A stretch of DNA of 56,242 nt from Prorocentrum cordatum (lineage: Eukaryota): NCBI GenBank assembly GCA_963575745.1, contig CAUYUJ010000100.1:62001-118242 (forward strand). The letters run 5' to 3'. The translations under genes and the position numbers were made by a program. Below the pieces are notes generated by a model. That model was not told the origin of the DNA and did no database searches. It saw nothing but the letters and a program-made list of their open reading frames with translations. This document shows positions 35,896 through 48,142 of this stretch, piece by piece; position 1 is the first letter of the stretch, and each line of letters begins with the position of its first letter.

Positions 35896-36759
35896 AGTGC
35901 TATGCTTGAACAAAAGATGTCCCAGCATAGTGTTGTTTTACAAGGGACCCTCAGGGGGGTCGATACCGGCCCCCCTGGGATAGTGTAAGTTCAAATTTAG
36001 GGTGGACATGTGGTCAGAATCATATATGAGTTTACATGCCCGAAAGGGGTAGCGATAACTCCGGGGGGGGGTAGAGTCTATTTATTTCAAGGCTGCCGCC
36101 TCTGCCGCCGACCCCAAATCAGGCCTCGTGTTTTCTTTGGTTTCAGGTGGTCCCCGCGAGCTTTCCTGCAACAGGGGGGTAGTGTTCATATGGAGTATGG
36201 GTAGGCCAGGGCAATGCGCGCGTGTGTTTGGGCGTGTTTTTTCCTCTCTTTCTCTCCCTCTCTTCCTCTCTCCTTTGTGTCTTCTGCGGTCGTCTTCGAA
36301 TCTTTTGTGGGAGTTTTGGGTCCATCTGGGGCGTCCTGAGTCAATAATTGCTTCTCTCGGGGCCGTTTTGGCCCGACGTGGGCGCTGTCTTGGGGTCGTC
36401 GTCGTGGCCCCTTTTGGGGCTATCTAGGTTCACGAGGGCAGCCCTGAGAGATTCGAGAATTCAGAGTCCCGGTGGGGGTCGGAGTGAGCACGTGCCTGGA
36501 GGTGGTGGTGCGGGGAGCAGTGCGGGTTGCGGCGGCGAGGGGGGCGTGTCCGTATTGGAGGCCTCTTGGGCCGTGTTGGGCACCTGAGGCCATCCTTGGC
36601 AAGCTTGGGTGCAGAGTGGGCCGTCTTGGAGGCATTTTGGGGCAATCTCAGCGGTCTTTGGGGCTATCGTGGCCGTTTCGGAGGTGTCTTGGAGGCATCT
36701 CGGCCTGTCTTGGAGGTATCTTGGGGCGGACCGGGAATGCCGGGGCCGGGAGGGGGATT

Positions 36760-39700
36760 GCCGGAGCGTGGTGGGGGGTCCCGGCGAGGGTTTTGCATGG
36801 TGGGGAGTGTATGCGGTTGTGCCGGAGCCAGGAGGGGGGGTGCCGGAGCGTAGTGGGGGGTCCCGGCGAGGTTTTTGCAGAGCCGGGGGCCCCAAAAACA
36901 GAGCTCCAGAGGCTTGGGGAGCGGTCTTGGGGGCCTCTTGGGCGGTCGTGGAGCGTCGGAAAGCTGGAAAGCGAAAAACATTGAAAAAATCAACAACGAT
37001 TTTGGCCTGTTGGGACAGCGGGGTGCCGGGGCGCGGCGGGAGGTCCTGGGCGAGGTTTTTGCAGAGTCGGGGGGCCCAAGAGACAGAGAGCTCCAGAGGC
37101 GAGGGGAGCGGGCTTGGGGGCCTCTTGGGCGGTCGTGGAGCGTCGGAAAGCTGGAAAGCGAAAAACATTGAAAAATCCAATGGGAATCGATGATTTTGGA
37201 CTGCTGGGGCGGCGGGGTGCCGGGGCGCGGCGGGGGGCCCCGGCGAGGATTTTGCAGAGTCGGGGGGCCCACAAACAGAGCTCCAGAGGCTTGGGGAGCG
37301 GTCTTCGGGGCCTCTTGGGCGGTCGTGGAGCGTCGGAAAGCTGGAATGTGAAAAACATTAAAAAAACAAATCAATGGGATCAGCGATTTTGGCCTGTTGG
37401 GGCGGCGGGGTGCCGGGGCGCGGCGGGAGGTCCCGGCGAGGTTTTTGCAGAGTCGGAGCGCCCAAAAACAGAGCTCCAGAGGCTTGGGGAGCGGTCTTGG
37501 GGGCCTCTTGGGCGGTCGTGGAGCGTCGGAGAGCGGGAAAGCGAAAAACATTGAAAAAATCAATGGGAATGAACGATTTTGGCCTGTTGGGGCGGCGGGG
37601 TGCCGGGGCGCGGTGGGGGGTCCCGGCGAGGTTTTTGCAGAGTCGGGGGGCCCAAAAACAGAGCTCCAGAGGCTTGGGGAGCGGTCTTCGGGCCTCTTGG
37701 GCGGTCGTGGAGCGTCGGAAAGCTGGAAAGCGAAAAACATTGAAAAAGTCAATGGGAATCAACGATTTTGGCCTGTTCGGGCGGCGGGGTGCCGGGGCGC
37801 GGTGAGGGGCCCGGCAGGTTTTTGCAGAGTGGGGGCCCAAACACAGAGCCCCAGAGGCTTCGGGAGCGGTCTTGGGAGCTTCTTGGGCGGTCGTGGAGCG
37901 TCGGAGAGCTGGAAAGCGAAAAACATTGAAAAAATCAATGGGAATCAACGATTTTGGCCTGTTGGGGCGGCGGGGTGCCGGGGCGCGGTGGGGGGTCCCG
38001 GCGAGGTTTTTGCAGAGTCGGGGGGCTCAAAAACAGAGCTCCAGAGGCTTGGGGAGCGGTCTTCGGGGCCTCTTGGGCGGTCGTGGAGCGTCGGAAAGCT
38101 GGACAGCGAAAAACATTGAAAAAATTAATGGGACTCGACGATTTTGGCCTGTCGGGGCGGCGGGGTGCCAGGGCGCGGTGGGGGGTCCCGGCGAGGTTTT
38201 CGCAGAGTCGGGGAACCCAAAAACAGAGCTCCAGAGGCTTGCGGACAGGTCTTGGGGGCCTCTTGGGCGGTCGTGGAGCGTCGGAAAGCTGGAAAGCGAA
38301 AAACATTCTGAAAAAAACAATGGGAATCAACGATTTTGGCCTGTTGGGGCGGCGGGGTGCCGGGGCGCGGTGGGGGGTCCCGGCGAGGTTTGTGCAGAGT
38401 CGGGGGGGTCAAAAACAGAGCTCCAGAGGCTTGGGGAGCGGTCTTCGGGGCCTCTTGGGCGGTCGTGGAGCGTCGGAAAGCTGGAAAGCGAAAAACATTG
38501 AAACATCAAATGGGAATCAATGATTTTGGACTGCTGGGGCGGCGGGGTGCCGGGGCGCGGTGGGGGGCCCCGGCGAGGATTTTGCAGAGTCGGGGGGCCC
38601 ACAAACAGAGCTTCCAGAGGCTTGGGGAGCGGTCTTCGGGGCCTCTTGGGCGGTCGTGGAGCGTCGGAAAGCTGGAAAGTGAAAAACATTGAAAAAATCA
38701 ATGGGAGTCAACGATTTTGGCCTGTTGGGGCGGCGGGGTGCCGGGGCGCGGTGGGGGGTCCCGGCGAGGTTTTTGCAGAGTCGGAGCGCCCAAAAACAGA
38801 GCTCCAGAGGCTTGGGGAGCGGTCTTGGGGGCCTCTTGGGCGGTCGTGGAGCGTCGGAGAGCGGGAAAGCGAAGAACATTGAAAAAATCAATGGGAATCA
38901 ACGATTTTGGCCTGTTGGGGCGGCGGGGTGCCGGGGCGCGGTGGGGGGTCCCGGCGAGGTTTTTGCAGAGCGGGGGGCCCAAAAACAGAGCTCCAGAGGC
39001 TTGGGGAGCGGTCTTCGGGGCCTCTTGGGCGGTCGTGGAGCGTCGGAAAGCTGGAAAACGAAAAACATTGAAAAAGTCAATGGGAATCAACGATTTTGGC
39101 CTGTTCGGGCGGCGGGGTGCCGGGGCGCGGTGAAGGGTCCCGGCAAGGTTTTTGCAGAGTCGGGGGGCCCAAACACAGAGCCCCAGAGGCTTCGGGAGCG
39201 GTCTTGGGGCTTCTTGGGCGGTCGTGGAGCGTCGGAAAGCTGGAAAGTGAAAAACATTGAAAAAATCAATGGGGATCAACGATTTTGGCGTGTTGGGGCG
39301 GCGGGCTGCCAGGGCGCGGTGGGGGGTCCCGGCGAGGTTTTTGCAGAGTGGGGGGGCCCAAAAACAGAGCTCTCCAGAGGCTTGGGGAGCGGTCTTGGGG
39401 GCCTCTTGGGCGGTCGTGGAGCGTCGGAGAGCGGGAAAGGGAAAAACATTGAAAAAATCAATGGGCATCAACGATTTTGGCCTGTTGGGGCGGCGGGGTG
39501 CCGGGGCGCGGTGGGGGGTCCCGGCGAGGTTTTTGCAGAGTCGGGGGGTTCAAAAACAGAGCTCCAGAGGCTTGGGGAGCGGTCTTCGGGGCCTCTTGGG
39601 CGGTCGTGGAGCGTCGGAAAGCTGGAAAGCGAAAAACATTGAAAAATCCAATGGGAATCAATGATTTTGGCCTGTTGGGGCGGCGGGGTGCCGGAGCGTA

Positions 39701-40870
39701 GTGGGGGGTCCCGGCGAGGTTTTTGCAGAGCCGGGGGGCCCAAAAACAGAGCTCCAGAGGCTTGGGGAGCGGTCTCGGGGGCCTCTTGGGCGGTCGTGGA
39801 GCGTCGGAAAGCTGCAAAGCGAAAAACATTGAAAAAATCAATGGGAATCAACGATTTGGGCCTGTTGGGACAGCGGGGTGCCGGGGCGCGGTGGGAGGTC
39901 CCGGCGAGGTTTTTGCAGAGTCGGGGGGCCCAAGAACAGAGCTCCAGAGGCTAGGGGAGCGGGCTTGGGGGCCTCTTGGGCGGTCGTGGAGCGTCGGAAA
40001 GCTGGAAAGCGAAAAACATTGAAAAATCAAATGGGAATCAATGATTTTGGACTGTTGGGGCGGCGGGGTGCCGGGGCGCGGTGGGGGGCCCCAGCGAGGA
40101 TTTTGCAGAGTCGGGGGCCCCAAAAACAGAGCTCCAGAGCCTTGGGGAGCGGTCTTGGGGGCCTCGTGGGCGGTCGTGGAGCGTCGGAAAACTGGAAAGT
40201 GAAAAACATTCTGAAAAATTCAATGGAAATCAATTATTTTGGCCTGTTGGGGCGGCGGGGTGCCAGGGCGCGGTGGGGGGTCCCGGCGACGTTTTTGCAG
40301 AGTCGGGGGGCCCACAAACAGAGCTCCAGAGGCTTGGGGAGCGGTCTTGGGGGCCTCTTGGGCGGTCGTGGAGCGTCGGAAAGCTGGAAAGTGAAAAACA
40401 TTGAAAAACTCAATGGGGATCAACGATTTTGGCCTGTTGGGGCGGCGAGGTGCCGGGGCGCGGTGGGAGTCCCGGCGAGGTTTTTGCAGAGTCGGGGGGC
40501 CCAAAAACAGAGCTCCGGAGGCTTGGGGAGCGGTCTTGGGGGCCTCTTGGGCGGTCGTGGAGCGTCGGAGAACGGGAAAGCGAAAAACATTGAAAAAAAC
40601 AATGGGAATGAACGATTTTGGCCTGTTGGGGCGGCGGGGTGCCGGGGCGCGGTGGGGGGTCCCGGCGAGGTTTTTGCAGAGTCGGGGAACCCACAAACAG
40701 AGCTCCAGAGGCTTGGGGAGCGGTGTAGGGGGCCTCTTGGGCGGTCGTGGAGCGTCGGAAAGCGTGAAAGCGAAAAACATTGAAAAAATCAATGGGCATC
40801 AACGATAATGGCCTGTTGCGGCGGCGGGGTGCCGGGGCCGATTTTGGCCTGTTGGGGCGGCGTGGTGCCG
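36760..40870. repeat. ~190-bp tandem satellite, about 21 copies
   Basis: GGCGGTCGTGGAGCGTCGGA recurs 21 times from 36941 to 40740 at about 190-bp spacing. Confidence 0.98.
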
Positions 40871-41869
40871 AGCGCGGTGGGGGGTCCCGGAGAGGTTTTT
40901 GGATTGTGGGGGGGGCCCAAGAACAGCCTTTTCTCTCGGGATGGGTGGGCATGCCGGGGGCAGGAGGGGGGGTGCCGGAGCGGGGGGAGGCTGGCGGTGT
41001 CAGACGGTCCCGGCAAGGATTTTGCAGGGTGCGGGGGCCCGAAGAACGTATGCCCAGGAGCCTCAGGAGGCTGGCGGGGTCAGACGCGGTGGAGCCGTGG
41101 TGGAAGGGTCCCGGCGAGGATCTTGCTGGGTGCGGGGGCCCGAAAAACGTATGCCCAGGGGCCTCAGTCGGGGGAGCGTAAGACCCGGGTTTGCCGGGAC
41201 TCGGGTTCGCCATCCTTTTTTGACGACCGCGACTCGGATTTTGACGAGGAGGAGTTTCGTGGGATGTCTGCAGCGGGAGGCCTCGTCAAAATGCAGGCTC
41301 GGCCTCGTCATTTTTTTGACGACCTCGTCGGGGATTTCCGAGTCCCCCGTACCCGGGTCTTACGTCTCCCCGACTCAGGAGGCTGGCGGTGTCAGTCGCG
41401 GTGGAGCCGTGGTGGAGGGGTCCCGGCAAGGAATGCCAGGCCAGGAAGGGGTCCAGGTGGGGGGCGTTGATGGTTCTGGTCCAGGAAATGTCGAGTCGGG
41501 GTTCCCAAGAGCAGAGGGCGTGATCACAGCTATCTGGGGTGGGGGTGTGGCCGAGTTTGGTCACTTTCCCTCACGCGCCTCTGGGGTCGGCGGATTTTTT
41601 TTTAGAAAGGAGAATGACAGGGCGTCGACGAGGCTGCGACGGGGCGGCGACGGCGATCGCGGAGCCGCCAGACCGCCTCCCAGGCCCAGACGACGGGCGG
41701 CGACGAGGTGCCGATGGGGGCGGCGATGGCGAGCACGGAGCCGACAAACCCACGACAATCAGCCTGACGACGGGTGGCGACGAGGCAGCGACGGGGCGGC
41801 GAGGGCGAGCACGGAGCCGTCAGGCCGGCATTCAGGGCCAGTTCCTTAGAGGAGAAGTGAGAGAGGAAG

Positions 41870-42985
41870 AGCCCCGAAGTGCAGGCACTGTTTGGGGAAT
41901 TGGGGTCCCTTCGAGACTTCCTGTGAGCTTCAGGATTCTCGCAAACATGCTGGAACCAGCGAGCTGCTTCTCGACATCTCGCTGTACGACTCGAGCCGCG
42001 GACAGGTAATCTGCTGCGATCTCTACTTGTCAGTTGGCAACCTGCCCGCAGAGTGTAGTGCTTACGTGCTCGGCTATCGCTGAGCTTTGCGGCAGTGTGC
42101 TTGGGAAGATCCCACAAATCATGACCGTAGGATCCTTGCCTTCGTCAGGGCAAGCAGCAATGGCTCACGAAGCCCTCTTGAGGAATTTGGGAGGTGGTTT
42201 GCTGTCTGACCCATCCTGGACCGACTTGAAAGGATCAGCACTGATGAAAGCCAGCGTCGGCCTTCGCAGAAGCCTTTCTGAACAAGGACCAGTCGGAATG
42301 TCCTACGATGGTGGACGACAGTCCCGAGAATCGTTGTGGGCTAGTTTTTGAGACAACCACGCGCACCATCTCGCGCGCCCTGGACAATTCAAATGATCCC
42401 AATGGCAAGGTGTACGATCTCACACACGCTCTTCCAACTCTTGTCAAGGTTGGCGGTGCCAGTGCCGAGAGCAGAGGATGACGCTGAGCGACATCGACAG
42501 CGACGCTGGTGCTTGCGAAGAAGAGCGGCCCGGTTTCCGTGTCGCCGCGTGCCTCGAATGCCTTTCAGTCGGTCTCGCTTTGGGTTCCGCTGCCTTGGCA
42601 TAGCTTGCCCGAACCGGAACCTCCTCAAGCTTGTCAGATTCTTTCGTCCTGCTTCTCCTCAACGGCTGCCGTGCGTAACGTGTACGACAGGCCTTCTCGA
42701 CCGTCGTGCCGCCCATGGATGAAATGGGAGAGCTCGCTGCGCCGGTACGCCGAACATGCTGGTTTATGTGGATGGCATCATGCCGCTGGCTCACGATCAT
42801 AGTGGATCTCGCACGAAGACTTTTTCGAGCAGTTCACTTGCCAGAGAGCCAGGCTATATTTGTGTCCTGCCCCCTCGCGGGCCTCTTTTGAGCTAGGACT
42901 TCTTCTTTTTAATGTTTTTCTTCTTATTATTCCTCTTCTTCTTCTTCTCATTCTTCTTCTTAACCTTCTTCTTCTTCTTCGTCTT
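41870..42985 (+). mobile_element. Heavily decayed 3' part of a second LINE with a (TTC)n-rich tail
   Basis: RPSRPSCRPWMKWESSLRRY...GWHHAA resembles the post-RT C-terminus of RTE-like LINEs; multiple stops; followed by a TTC tract at 42898-42985. Confidence 0.45.
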
Positions 42986-43184
42986 CCTGCTCTTGGCCAA
43001 CTGCTCATTCGGCACGCGGTGCCCCAACCCCCTCCACTTCGGCGGGACGTGCCGCGCGGCCGCTGTCCCCAGCAACCCGAAGAGGCAGAGCTGCGCGAGA
43101 GCCGCCCCCCTTGTCAGGAGGCTCTGAGCCCCTCACGTTGCAGGGCTACATCCTCGCGCCCGCCCCTGCAACGTCATCTCCCTC

Positions 43185-43924
43185 CACTATCCTCCCTCTT
43201 CCCCTGCCCCTTCCTCCTCCTCCTCCTCCTCCTCCTCCTCCTCCTCCTCCTCCTTCTCCTCCTCCTCCCCCCCCTCCTCCTCCTCCTCCTCCTCCTCCTC
43301 ATTCTTCCCCTCCGCCCCCTCCTCCTTCTCCTCCTTCTCCTCCTCCTTCTCCTCCTCCTCCGCCGCATCGTCCTCCTCCGCCTCCTCCGCCTCCTCCTCC
43401 TCCTCCTCCCTCGTCCTCCGCCTCCTCCTTCCCGCCCCTCCTCACCGTCCTCCTCCTCCTCCTCCCCTCTCCGCTCCCCCCCTCCCCCTCCTTTCTCCTC
43501 CTCCTCCGCCTTCCTCTCCGCCTCCTCCTCCTCCTCCTCCTCCTCTTCTTCCCCCCCCTCCTCCTCCCCCTTCGCCTCCTCCTCCTCCTCCTCCTCCTTC
43601 TCTTCCTCTTCCTCTTCCTCCTCCTCCTCTTCCCAATCCCCCTCCAAACCTCTTGCTTCCATTCCCGATTTGACCGTTCGCGGATTCGATGCTTGGGCTG
43701 TCGTCGAGCTGTGCATTTCTCGCCGTCGGCGCGAGCATCTCACCTCGTGGCGCTCAAAATAACGATTGCAGAACGAGATGTGGGGGAGGAGGAGGCGGGC
43801 TGTTCTGGCAGGGTCAGGCTGTGCTCCTAGGAAGTATGAAGTAAGTGTGGCTCATTACAGCCGCCGGGAGAGAGAGAGAGAGAGAGAGAGGGGGAGAGAG
43901 CGAGAGAGAGAGAGAGAGCGATAC

Positions 43925-43955
<31 letters not shown>

Positions 43956-43982
43956 TATACATATATATAGAGAGAGAGAGAG
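43185..43982. repeat. (CCT)n tract (43185-43630) and compound (GA)n(TA)n(GA)n (43868-43982)
   Basis: Direct inspection. Confidence 0.9.
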
Positions 43983-44582
43983 ATGAGGCGGAAGAGGGGG
44001 AGAGTCTACTGGACCCCATTGTTGCGCCCCCTCTTTCTATCCTTGGCTCCCCTCCTAGCCCGCGCAAGGACAGCTGGACCGAGGCCGGGCCGCCTCCAGT
44101 AGCGCGGCTCTGTCGGGGCGCGTGGCAACGGAATGGCCAGGAGCAGGAGTCTCCATGGGGCGAGATAGAGGCGAGGGTAGAAGAAGGAAGGGGACTCGGA
44201 GAGGGCGGAGGAGGAGGTGGAGGAGGCAGCGGATTCCTCCAGCAAAGCACTCTGATAGCAGCAACGGTGGAGAGTCGGTCCGTGGAGTAGGTGGACAGCT
44301 ACGTAGTGAAAGCGTTCATTCCTGGGTATCCCCAGGAAGAGCACGGGATGGCGGCCGTCCGGACCAACAAACATGAAGCCGGCATTCGGGCGAGAGCACG
44401 GCTCCTGAATACTTTTTGAGGAAATCGTTGGTGAAGCGACGGCTGGGCCGGGTGGTCTCGGGCATGTTCACCTCAGAGTGTTCTTTTACGAGGGATCATG
44501 GCCGTTTGGGCCGATGTAGCTGGCATTGCGACAAGAGCAGCATACTGTTTTTTTTGAGGTCTTGCGATCACCCAAGTCATCT

Positions 44583-44753
44583 AGGGGAACGAACAATGAC
44601 ATGAACATAATCACTCAGACGTCCGCGCGGATTTCTCGGATCGGCGCTGTGGTCCCCTGGCGGCGCCTCAGGCGCCGCCCCTGGCGCGCTCCGCGCCCAA
44701 GAAATCCGCGCGGACCTCAGAATTTGTATGTTGAGGTCATTGTTCGTTCCCCT
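44583..44753. mobile_element. 171-bp MITE with 18-bp perfect TIRs and inner inverted repeats
   Basis: AGGGGAACGAACAATGAC / GTCATTGTTCGTTCCCCT; inner GTCCGCGCGGATTTCT / AGAAATCCGCGCGGAC; no clear TSD. Confidence 0.8.
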
Positions 44754-46277
44754 GTTATCGGGCCCGCGCGACCCCTGGATACCCTGATGTTGTTGGCTGC
44801 ACAGGCCCGAAGGGGGTGCGCAGAACTGGTGCGCGCGGGCATGGGTGGCTACCGAAAGCGAAAATGTTAGGTTTCCTGCCGTCCCCTCTCCCCCGATAAC
44901 CCGGGCAATCCTTGCAAACCAAAGAATGATCTCCAGGATTGTAACATGATTTTTTAGGAAGTCTCGGGCGAAACGGCTGCCCGACCAGGCGGTCTCGGGC
45001 ATGCGCACCGTAGTTTTTTTTCCGAGGAGTCGTGGCCGTCCGGACCAAAAAGGAAGCGGGCATTGTGGCGAGAGCAGGAGTTCTGAGTTCATAGTTGATG
45101 ATAGTTCTGCGCTACTGGACAAGGCTTCCTAGGGCTCCCGGGCTCCCCTGTCCCCCTTGTGAGACTCCTCTGTGTTTTTGTCGTCTTTAGCAAAGCGCTA
45201 TTCGGGAAACAAGAAGACGAGAAAGTTGGAGGGGCAGAGGGTGGAGGAGGTGGAGGAGGTGGGGGCGAACGAGGAGGATAGAGAGGAGGCGGTGGAAGTG
45301 GAGGAGGCGGAGGATGAAGAAGAGGTGGAGGTGGGCGAGGATGTGGAGGTGGGGCTTGGGGGTGGAGGATAACCAGGGTCGGGGAGGGAGGAGTGAGGGG
45401 TGGGGACCCGACCACTACGTTGCGCGAGGGGACCCGAGTGCAGTACACTGGCCTGGGGCGGTCGGGACCCCAGCATGCTACCCTCTGCACCCACCACCGC
45501 CCGATCCAGGGTGGTTTTGAGATGAGTGAGAGAAGAAGGGGGAGGAAGAGGAGGGAGGACGGGGTGGAGGAAAGGAGGGAGGAAGGCAAACTGAGTTTGA
45601 TGATGTTGATGTTGGTGTTGATGTTGATGTTGATGTTGTTGTTGATGATGATGATGAGGAGGAGTGTATCTGTAAGTCGCTTCTCGAATTTGAATTTGGA
45701 CATGACAGCGATATTGATGTCGAAGAACTGCCACAACTGCCACAACGATAATCGAACAGTGCATGCGTAAGATTAGACATTAGTCTACCGCTGGTAGCAA
45801 TTGCCTTGACAACGCTGGCAAAGGCCTCCTGAACTCAAATGACTGGCCGCTTGGTGCTGTCTAATGATGTGTGGCTCTGAGGGTTTTTGTTGATCAAGCC
45901 TCACAGTAGTTGGTGTCCCATCTTGGGGTTGCCCTGCGAGGTCTTACATATTCGCTTGCTGTTGCGTGCAGGCGTTGCGCAGTTGATATGCTGCTAGCTA
46001 TTTTCAGCAGCTGCTCGTATCACAACATGGAGTGGCTCCACATTATACGGAGTGTTTTTCAATGCAGTGGGGGGGGAAGGGAACGGGAGGAGGGGATGCC
46101 AATGGGAGAGGGGGATGAGGCAGGAGGTGGGGGAAGGAATGTGTGTGTGTGTGTGTGTGTGCTGAACCTTTCAGCGTGCGACGCTTCGTACGCTGTGCCT
46201 TCGACGATGTTCGATCGCAATTAGCACTTCCATCTGCTGCCTGCGCTTGAGGACCCTCGGCGCCGCCGACTGAATAG

Positions 46278-46340
<63 letters not shown>

Positions 46341-46700
46341 AAGTCTTCCGCCTCTGAGTGGCCCCAGCTCTCCCCCCCTCCGCGGCCGCCCTGTCCATCC
46401 TCTTCCCCTTCCTGCATGCTGGCCGATTCGCTTGTCGGTGCCCCGTCCAGCTCCAGCGCTGATGCAGCCATTCTGCCTCGCCGCCGACGGGAAAAAGTGT
46501 GTGTGTGTGTCCTCTTGGACTTGCTGACGATTTTCTTCCAATCACAGCGGGCGCACGCCGCCGGACAGGTCTTCTTGACGGGTTGCGCCACGCGCCAGGA
46601 GGACCGCCGCTCAACCCTTGTCTCTCCTGAAGCGGTCGCTGTCGCCTGCGCTATCCGCGCGGTGGACCGACGGCGTACCCTCCACTGGGACTGCTCTTAA

Positions 46701-46851
46701 GGCGGGCATGTCCCTCTACGGCTACAGGAGGAACGTAATAATGGTAATGCATAATGAGGGGGCGACCTTTCGTGCTCTTTTGTCTATTACGAAATATTGT
46801 TATCCACTGTAATTTTTTCCTGTATCCGTCTGTAGCAGGATATGCCCGACC
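46701..46851. mobile_element. 151-bp MITE flanked by TAA (Tourist/PIF-Harbinger-like or TTAA-type)
   Basis: TAA|GGCGGGCATGTCC ... GGATATGCCCGACC|TAA with an AT-rich interior. Confidence 0.7.
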
Positions 46852-47019
46852 TAAACTACTCCACCACCCACCACCAGATGTGTCGACCTCCAGGCGCTGC
46901 CAGAGGACCGCTGTCAACTGTGCCGCTGTCTTGAGGCCGCGGGTGTGGTCAACCCACCCGACCGAGGGCAGGGGCGTCCGCGGGCCAACCCCGCGCTCCG
47001 CTCCGCCGCCTGTCGCGCT

Positions 47020-47330
47020 ACCTTGGAGCCGACCGACTCCGACGACGGCTCCGTGCCAGTTACAGCTCAGCATGCGCCCATCCTCCGCATCCTGCAGCGG
47101 GCCCTGGCTGCTCGCAGCGCCCGTGACCTCGCGGCGCTTGTCGCGGCCCTGATCGACAGCGGCGAGGGCAGCGTCGAATGGCAAGCGTTCTGCGCCCGCG
47201 CATGGATCCACGAGGGCCACCCAGGCGAGGTCTCCACGAACCCGTCGATCTATTCGAAACTGCAGCTGACCAACTTCCTGGTCGAGCGGTGGTCCGACCT
47301 CGGCTTCGCCCCACTCAGCGGGAAGGGTGT
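47020..47330 (+). CDS. Coding-like exon with W-x-x-F-C...N-P-x-x-Y...L-x-x-F-L motif, function unknown
   Basis: ILRILQRALAARSARDLAALVAALIDSGEGSVEWQAFCARAWIHEGHPGEVSTNPSIYSKLQLTNFLVERW: helical and non-repetitive within a long ORF. Confidence 0.5.
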
Positions 47331-47877
47331 GCCTCAGGCTTGCGGCCACGCAGAGTTGCCGCCATCAGGCGCCGCGGCGCCGCGCAGCCCGTCGCTGCCA
47401 GATGTGGGCGACGCGCGCCCAGGCGCCACAGCCAAGCCGGCGGCGCCACCGCAGGCCTCCTCTGGCAATGACGCCTCGCCCGCGGCCGCCTGCGGAACTG
47501 GATTGTCCGCCGCCCCGCGTGCCGCCTCCGCTGACGGCCGCGGTCGCGGAGCCGCCCTCGCCGGCTGTCGCAGCCCCGTGGCGCCCGGGCCAGCTCCCAG
47601 GTCGGGGGCCCGAAAATATACACCGGAAAGAGGAGAGAAAGAATCGAAGTGGTGGTGGTGTATATTCTTTGAGCCCCCGCCAGGGACTCCGCCTGTGTCC
47701 CGGAACGCCTCCGCCGGCGGCGGCGCCCGCGGCCCGGCCCAGGGATTTTCTGCTGCCAGCCCCTCCTTGGGCCCCGCACCGTTCGCGGTAGAGGCTGCGA
47801 TTCGTGCCCCGTCCGCCGCGGGTGCCCAGGCTGGGGGCGAGGCCTCTGCGGGCCCTGCGCCAGCCGCCGGCAGTCCC

Positions 47878-48043
47878 AGGAGGAGGAGGAGGAGGAGGAG
47901 GAGGAGGAGGAGGAGGAGGAGGAGGAGGAGGAGGAGGAGGAGGAGGAGGAGAGTGAGGAGGAGGAGGAGGGAGGAGAGGAGGAGGAGGAGGGGTAGTAGA
48001 GTAGTAAGTAGTAGAGTAGTAGTAGTAGTAGTAAGTAAGCTAG

Positions 48044-48080
<37 letters not shown>

Positions 48081-48142
48081 GAGGAGGAGGAGGAGGAGGA
48101 GGAGGAGGAGGAGGAGGAGGAGGAGGAGGAGGAGGAGGAGGA
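47878..48142. repeat. (GAG)n(TAG)n(GAG)n compound microsatellite
   Basis: Direct inspection. Confidence 0.95.

Noticed and set aside
36760..40870. CRISPR array or repeat-protein gene
   Set aside because: Whole units are homologous with no unique spacers, there are no cas genes, and the 190-bp period does not preserve frame.
42995..43060. CCCH-like zinc finger exon (CSFGTRCPNPLH)
   Set aside because: Incomplete motif and no supporting exons.
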